Positions 56,398-64,000 of a stretch of DNA of 64,000 nucleotides are shown piece by piece; the first letter of the stretch is position 1, and each line of letters opens with the position of its first letter. A program made the position numbers and the translations under genes. The stretch is from positions 2,356,001 through 2,420,000 of the forward strand of contig OZ024745.1 in assembly GCA_964016885.1 (NCBI GenBank), read 5' to 3'. The notes beneath the pieces were generated by a model. The model did not search any database, was not told the origin of the DNA, and saw only the letters and a list, made by a program, of their open reading frames with translations. The stretch comes from Eledone cirrhosa. Lineage: Eukaryota.

Positions 56398-59038
56398 ATG
56401 CTTCAAGCAAACTTTAACACCCTCTTATCATTACACCTGAGCCAGGACTTGTTTGCACCCATAAGGGACCTATTCAGACTACCGGAGAATCGTGCCAAAC
56501 TCGGTTGCCAAATTACCTTCTTAAAACGCTGCCTAAAGAACACCATCATTCCAACCACCATCAGGAATATACATCTACCCGAATGTTTACGATCACCATC
56601 CTTCGAAAACACCATCCGCCACATTCAACGCACGTTTATCAAGAAAATACTACGACACAGCCACCACCAACTGCGACTCCATATACAAACGCTTTCTGAG
56701 CACTTAGATCGTATAGCTCCAACCCTCACCCCTGACCACCAAGTCCAGGATATACGCAAAGCTATAGATCAGTGTTACCACACCAGAGTCAAATTTGATA
56801 AACAGCGCCTTATACGGAAATACGAATGGACTGTAAACACATACTACATTGATAACATCCGCTCCCACAGACGGACCGACTACAACCACACCAGGGGCAA
56901 CAGCTATACAACACTCTCCGCTACACCCCCCAACATCGATCTACCTACCAACGATGCTTCACACCTCGTTACCGACTTAACCGGTACCCTCACCAACGAC
57001 GAACTCGAACTTCTGCGCCTCGGACCCAAGTTCATCATTACACAGCGTCTCGATGATAGACTGAAACTCGACATCGAAACCAACTTCTGTCGGACAGCTT
57101 ATCAACTGAAATGGCTAACCGCCATCCAAAACAACACCGAGATCGATTACAACCCCACAACCCACCCCACACTCCCCACGTATCACCTCGACAACCCACT
57201 CCACCCCCCCACCCACCAACCACGAACTTGACTCTAAACTACTCAGGTTGAAACATTCTATCTCTAACATCCTTTCCCAACACACACACACACACAATAA
57301 ACGCAACCTCACCAATGCACAATTTAATACTCTCACCAACCTAAGATCCAGGAACCTTGTGTACCTTCCCTCTGACAAGGGGAAAGAATTCTGTGTCATC
57401 TCGAGAGAGACCTACAACAACTTAGCTCTCCAACATCTTAATGACCACAGCCTCTACTCGAAAGTCACAGGGACCTCCTCGACTCTAATCGAGGAAGGCA
57501 TTAACACCATATGGACTAACATCTGTGTCCAACGAAAACTGCCAACGAAGGTAAAAAAACAACATAATGACTCGAAACAGCAAATTACCCACCTTCTACC
57601 ACCTGTTCAAAACACATAAACAAGGACCCGATTTGAAAATCAGGCCCATTGTCTCTAGCGTGGAGGGCCCACTCTACAAAATATCGTGGCTGCTCTCCAC
57701 ACTACTGAAACCTATTCTACACACACTACCAGCCCACGTCTGCAGCTCAAAGGAAGTCTTGGAGCGACTACACCATCTGGCGCCCAACACCAGAAAGGAC
57801 AACGGTTATGCCTTCAGTCTTGATGTGGTCGCCCTTTATACCTCCGTACCAGCATCCCCAGCTGTCGACCTGTTGACCGAACGAGTCCGAGCATCTAACT
57901 TACACTGCTTCGGACTCACACACACGGACATCCACCAACTCCTCTCCTTCGTTGTGGATAATGCACTCTTCAATTTCCTCGGCCACACGTACAAACAAAT
58001 CTCTGGGCTACCTATGGGCTCTAGTCTGTCCGGCATACTTGCGATCTCGTACATGGACCACCTGGAACGCAAGGCACTCAATACCTGCCAACCCAACGCC
58101 GTCGCCTTCTACTCCAGATACGTTGATGATATCCTGATACTTACTTCTTCCCGGGAGATGGCGAATGAAATTCACCAAATCTTCAACGATACTGACCAGC
58201 ACATCGATTTCACCATCGAACACCCAGGAGAAGACGGGTCACTCGCCCTCCTCGACTTCCGTATCAACATCTCGGATGAAGGAGACATAAACACCACCTT
58301 CTACCGCAAAGCAGCGTGCAAGGACTTATTTGTGCATTATAACTCAGCCCTCCCCAACAACGCTAAGAGAGGCTATGTCCTAAATGAACTGACACGGATC
58401 ACTAACAGATGCAGCGACCCGATGGGTGGTCTCACCCATACCACGCAATTCCGTAATCTACTCAGATCTAATGGTTATCCCAAGCGACTGATTAACGGAA
58501 TTAGAGACCCCAGACCCAGTAGACTGACACCCACTAGAAAACTTAATATTAGCAGGTGCTTCTTTAAAATCCCCCACCTGAGTGAATATACCACGAACGC
58601 CATCCGCAGGGCCATACGGACGGAGGGACTTGACATACATTTGGCCCACACAGGACCTTCGCTGCGAAGATGCCTCTCCAACAAACCCTACGAGGCAGAT
58701 GGGACGTGTTCCCTCAGCAACTGCCCGATACGGGGGCAGATTGCCTACGCACCTATGTCGTATATAAGATTCAATGCGATAAATGTAACAAGTTTTACAT
58801 AGGTAGCACCATCCGACCCCTACATGTTCGTATCAAGGAACATATCAACACCAACGCATCTTCCTTCCGTAAACATATCCTTAAATGCGGAAACCCACAG
58901 GGTAGACCCTTGGTCACAGTCCTAGCTACTGAACGCAGCATCGGATCCTTAAGGATAAAGGAAGCACTTGTTATTAAGAACCTCAGACCCCCACTTAACA
59001 ACCGGGCTGAGAGAAATGAGCTGACATGGCTAACTTAA
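56398..59038 (+). pseudogene. PLE ORF: reverse transcriptase and GIY-YIG endonuclease (three frameshifts)
   Basis: LLRLGPKF, PSDKGKEF, KTHK..IRPIVS, SLDVVALYTSVP, GLPMGSSLS, YSRYVDD, CSLSNCP..C..VVYKIQCDKCNKFYIGSTIRPLHVRIKEH, IKEA..PPLN. Frameshifts near 57200, 57560 and 58730. Confidence 0.93.
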
Positions 59039-59830
59039 CCATAATGACCATTCACAGCCTATGGCCTGCTATCTTCACACACACGCACGTATATGCATAC
59101 CCATACGCATGCACACACACATCTATATTTATACACGCACACATGTTTTTACAACCTACCACCTTTCACACCCTTTGATTTCCAGTTTCACACACAAACG
59201 CACTCACACATATACACACACAGTTACACACACATGTATACCCATACGCTTACACACACACATCTATATTTATACACGCACACATATTTTACAACCTACC
59301 ACCTTTCACACCCTTTGATTTCCAACTTCTACAGCCCACTATCTTTCACACACACACACACTCACACATATACACACTTACACTTATACACACACAGTTA
59401 CACACACATATATATTTACATACACATATCTTACGGCTTTCACACGCTAACGCACCCTCTTGATTTAACCCATTTGGTCAGTAGCTTTTGCCACAGCCTA
59501 TCACGCGCACGCGCATTCTTTCCCTCGTTTAAATTTTAATTATTTTTCTCCCCATAACGGCATTCCTGTCTTAACGACATCACAACTTTCTCCGCTTGGC
59601 CTGTTTTCCCCCCTTTTGGAACTTTTCCCCCGTTGATGGGCGTGAGCCCGAAATATTGGGATTAAATCTCTACTACGGTAACCCTTCTACCTTTGTTTTG
59701 TTTTCATCTTTGTCTCTCTCAATTTTCACTTTCACCTGTTTTTCCTATCTATATTTCACTTCCTACCTCGAGATTTCCCTTTGCATTGTTGTGGCTTTCT
59801 TAAATACGTATTTATATATATATATATATA

Positions 59831-59944
59831 TAGGAAAACGTTCAAGACACCGACGCAGAGCTCAAGCCGTTTAGACGGCTATTTCAAAAGTATTGAGTAC
59901 TCTGGTGTGCTATGATCCACCTGGTCCCTTACCACATTCCTTCG

Positions 59945-59945
<1 letters not shown>
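59831..59945. mobile_element. Family G remnant (inverted arm plus 3' tail)
   Basis: GAGCTCAAGCCGTTT.GACGGCTA (inverted) joined to AAGTATTGAGTACTCTGGTG..CCTTACCACA.TCCTTCGTT. Confidence 0.7.
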
Positions 59946-59984
<39 letters not shown>

Positions 59985-60097
59985 CACTTTTTAACCCCCG
60001 ATTCTCTACATGGTGTCTAGGACACTAACAACACTTATGTATCTACCTAAATGTTCTGAATGACTAGGATTTTAATCACATGTTTAGACATTCCCTA

Positions 60098-60144
60098 TGC
60101 TCCGATGATTCCAGACATCCCTCTGGGAGAAACAATTGTCAGCA
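60098..60144 (+). ncRNA. Type I hammerhead motif (U4C core) in a ~200-bp solo pLTR-like insert (59983-60187) between (TA)n tracts
   Basis: TGCT-CCGATGA-TTCCAGA CATCCC TCTGGGA-GAAA-CAATTG-TC-AGCA. Confidence 0.75.
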
Positions 60145-60184
60145 AATAAATGTATTAAACTAAGATTTGATTGTTTTAACACTT

Positions 60185-60256
<72 letters not shown>

Positions 60257-60656
60257 GGGGGGTGTATATGTATGTATGTTCATCCATTGAGAACTATGCA
60301 AGTACTTCCAATCCACGTATGTATATCTTTAAAAAGATGTTTGCATTCCACAGCTTCTATCAAACCCCCGTCAATTATTTCATTATACTACTGTATATAT
60401 ATTGTTTGCTTTCTCTAGCTAGTTGTGCAATATAAAGCCACTAGCAATCTCTTTGGCTATTGTCTACAACATGCCTGTGTTTTACCAATACACTCACATA
60501 GCCACTCTCTAGGTATCTATGTATGTATGTGTGTATATATATATGTATGTGTGTTTGTATGTATGTATGTGTATGTATGTATGTATGTATATATGTATGT
60601 ATGTTTGTATGTGTCTGTGTATGTATGTATGTATGTATATATATATATAAGCCTCC

Positions 60657-60696
<40 letters not shown>

Positions 60697-60945
60697 ATAT
60701 GTACTTATACATGTATATGTATGTATGTATGTATATATATGTATGTATGTACGTATATATATATATATATGTATGTATGTATACATGTATGTATATATAT
60801 ATATATATATATGTATGTAAGTATATATGTACGTATATATATGTATGTATGTATATATGTATGTACATATATATATATATATATGTATGTATATATGTAC
60901 GTATATATAGATGTATGTATGTATATATGTATGTATGTATATATG

Positions 60946-60984
<39 letters not shown>

Positions 60985-61349
60985 GTACGTATATATATGT
61001 ATGTATATATATACATATATATGTATATGTATGTTGGTAGGTAGATAGGTATGCATTTCTCTTCACCCAGTCTCACCTCCCTCTCTCTAATATATGTATA
61101 TATTTACATATACATATATGTGTGAGTGTACGCGTGTGTATGTGTATGTTTGTATGTACACACATATATTACGTACACAGACACATACTACACACACACA
61201 TATTACACACACATACCACAGGCACACACACACACATGCTACATACATACCTTTATTTAGAGGATGTCTTCTTTTTAATAAGTATAACTTGTGGAGACAC
61301 ACGCCACTGTTCACGCACAAGGATATATTTGTAAATTGACATATATATT

Positions 61350-61539
<190 letters not shown>

Positions 61540-61602
61540 ATGAGATATTCCGGGTTGAATCGGGTTGAATATATATAAAGAGAGAGAAGAGAGAGAGAGA
61601 GA

Positions 61603-61695
<93 letters not shown>

Positions 61696-61796
61696 GATAA
61701 TAACCATACAAATATAGGAAAATGTAACCTGCTTATTACTTGGTATATAATTTGTGAGTATTTACATACACGAATACGTATACATACGTACACACC

Positions 61797-61869
<73 letters not shown>

Positions 61870-61926
61870 GTACATGCAAACAGATATATGTCTGTGTATG
61901 TATGATCGTGTTTGTGTCCATATATG

Positions 61927-62071
<145 letters not shown>

Positions 62072-62160
62072 CGTTTCTGAATTTGTTTAGCAAGATTCTT
62101 TATCTGAAATCGTGTGTTGAAACCGATATTGTTATTGGCGGCATGACCCTCCCAAAGTAT

Positions 62161-63633
<1,473 letters not shown>

Positions 63634-63789
63634 CGTGTGTGTGTGTGTATCAATACATATATATACACCCACTCACAGAAATAGAAAGAAACAGCTGTCG
63701 GAACTGGAGGTGATTTGATGTGGAAATACATCTAGAACAAGAGGAGAGTAATAGTGGGAGATGATGGGTGGGAGGGGGGGGATAGATAG

Positions 63790-64000
63790 AGAGAGGGGTG
63801 ACAGAGAGGGTGACATGGGGTGACTGAGAGGGTGACAGAGAGGGTGACAGAGAGGGTGACAGGGTGTGACTGGGAGGGTGACAGAGAGGGTGACAGGGGG
63901 TAACGGAGAGGGTGACAGGGGGTGACTGAGAGGGTGACAGAGAGGGTGACAGAGAGGGTGACAGAGAGGGTGACAGAGAGGGTGACAGGGGGTGACAGAG
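63790..64000. repeat. G-rich GAGAGGGTGACA-type minisatellite (continues past the window)
   Basis: 10-14-bp units containing GGGTGACA. Confidence 0.9.

Larger units (their letters stand above)
56103..59813 (+). mobile_element. Full-length-like Penelope-like element with direct pLTRs
   Basis: 281-bp direct repeats 56103-56383 and 59533-59813 (one mismatch seen) flank an RT + GIY-YIG ORF; (TA)n on both sides. Confidence 0.95.

Overview
Repeat-dominated eukaryotic (animal) DNA with no recognisable host gene. The AT-richness, the dense (TA)n/(CA)n/(GA)n/(CATA)n microsatellites and the SINE types suggest an octopus/cephalopod genome (inference). Contents: (1) a ~23.1-kb 19-bp satellite (3224-26356) with kb-scale internal duplications, whose unexpanded single-copy ancestor lies ~550 bp upstream, plus 38-bp (27165-31105) and 13-bp (44669-46049) tandem arrays; (2) a near full-length, decayed L1/Tx1-type LINE (33661-39278, minus) inside a CAGA repeat; (3) two Penelope-like elements (PLEs): 56103-59813 (+, direct pLTRs) and ~50011-52876 (-, 5'-truncated, Naiad-like); (4) fragments of restriction-like-endonuclease (RLE) LINEs: R4/Dong-like pieces in (CATA)n tracts and a CRE-like piece; (5) two Helitrons and several SINE remnants. 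The most striking signal is about ten unrelated short non-coding elements in (TA)n tracts. Most are fold-back (inverted-repeat) structures, and most carry a type I hammerhead ribozyme motif that I could fold by eye. One multi-copy family has a compensatory U3-A8 core variant and may spread as a palindromic unit. Nearly all short ORFs in the track ([12 protein letters not shown], etc.) are microsatellite artefacts.
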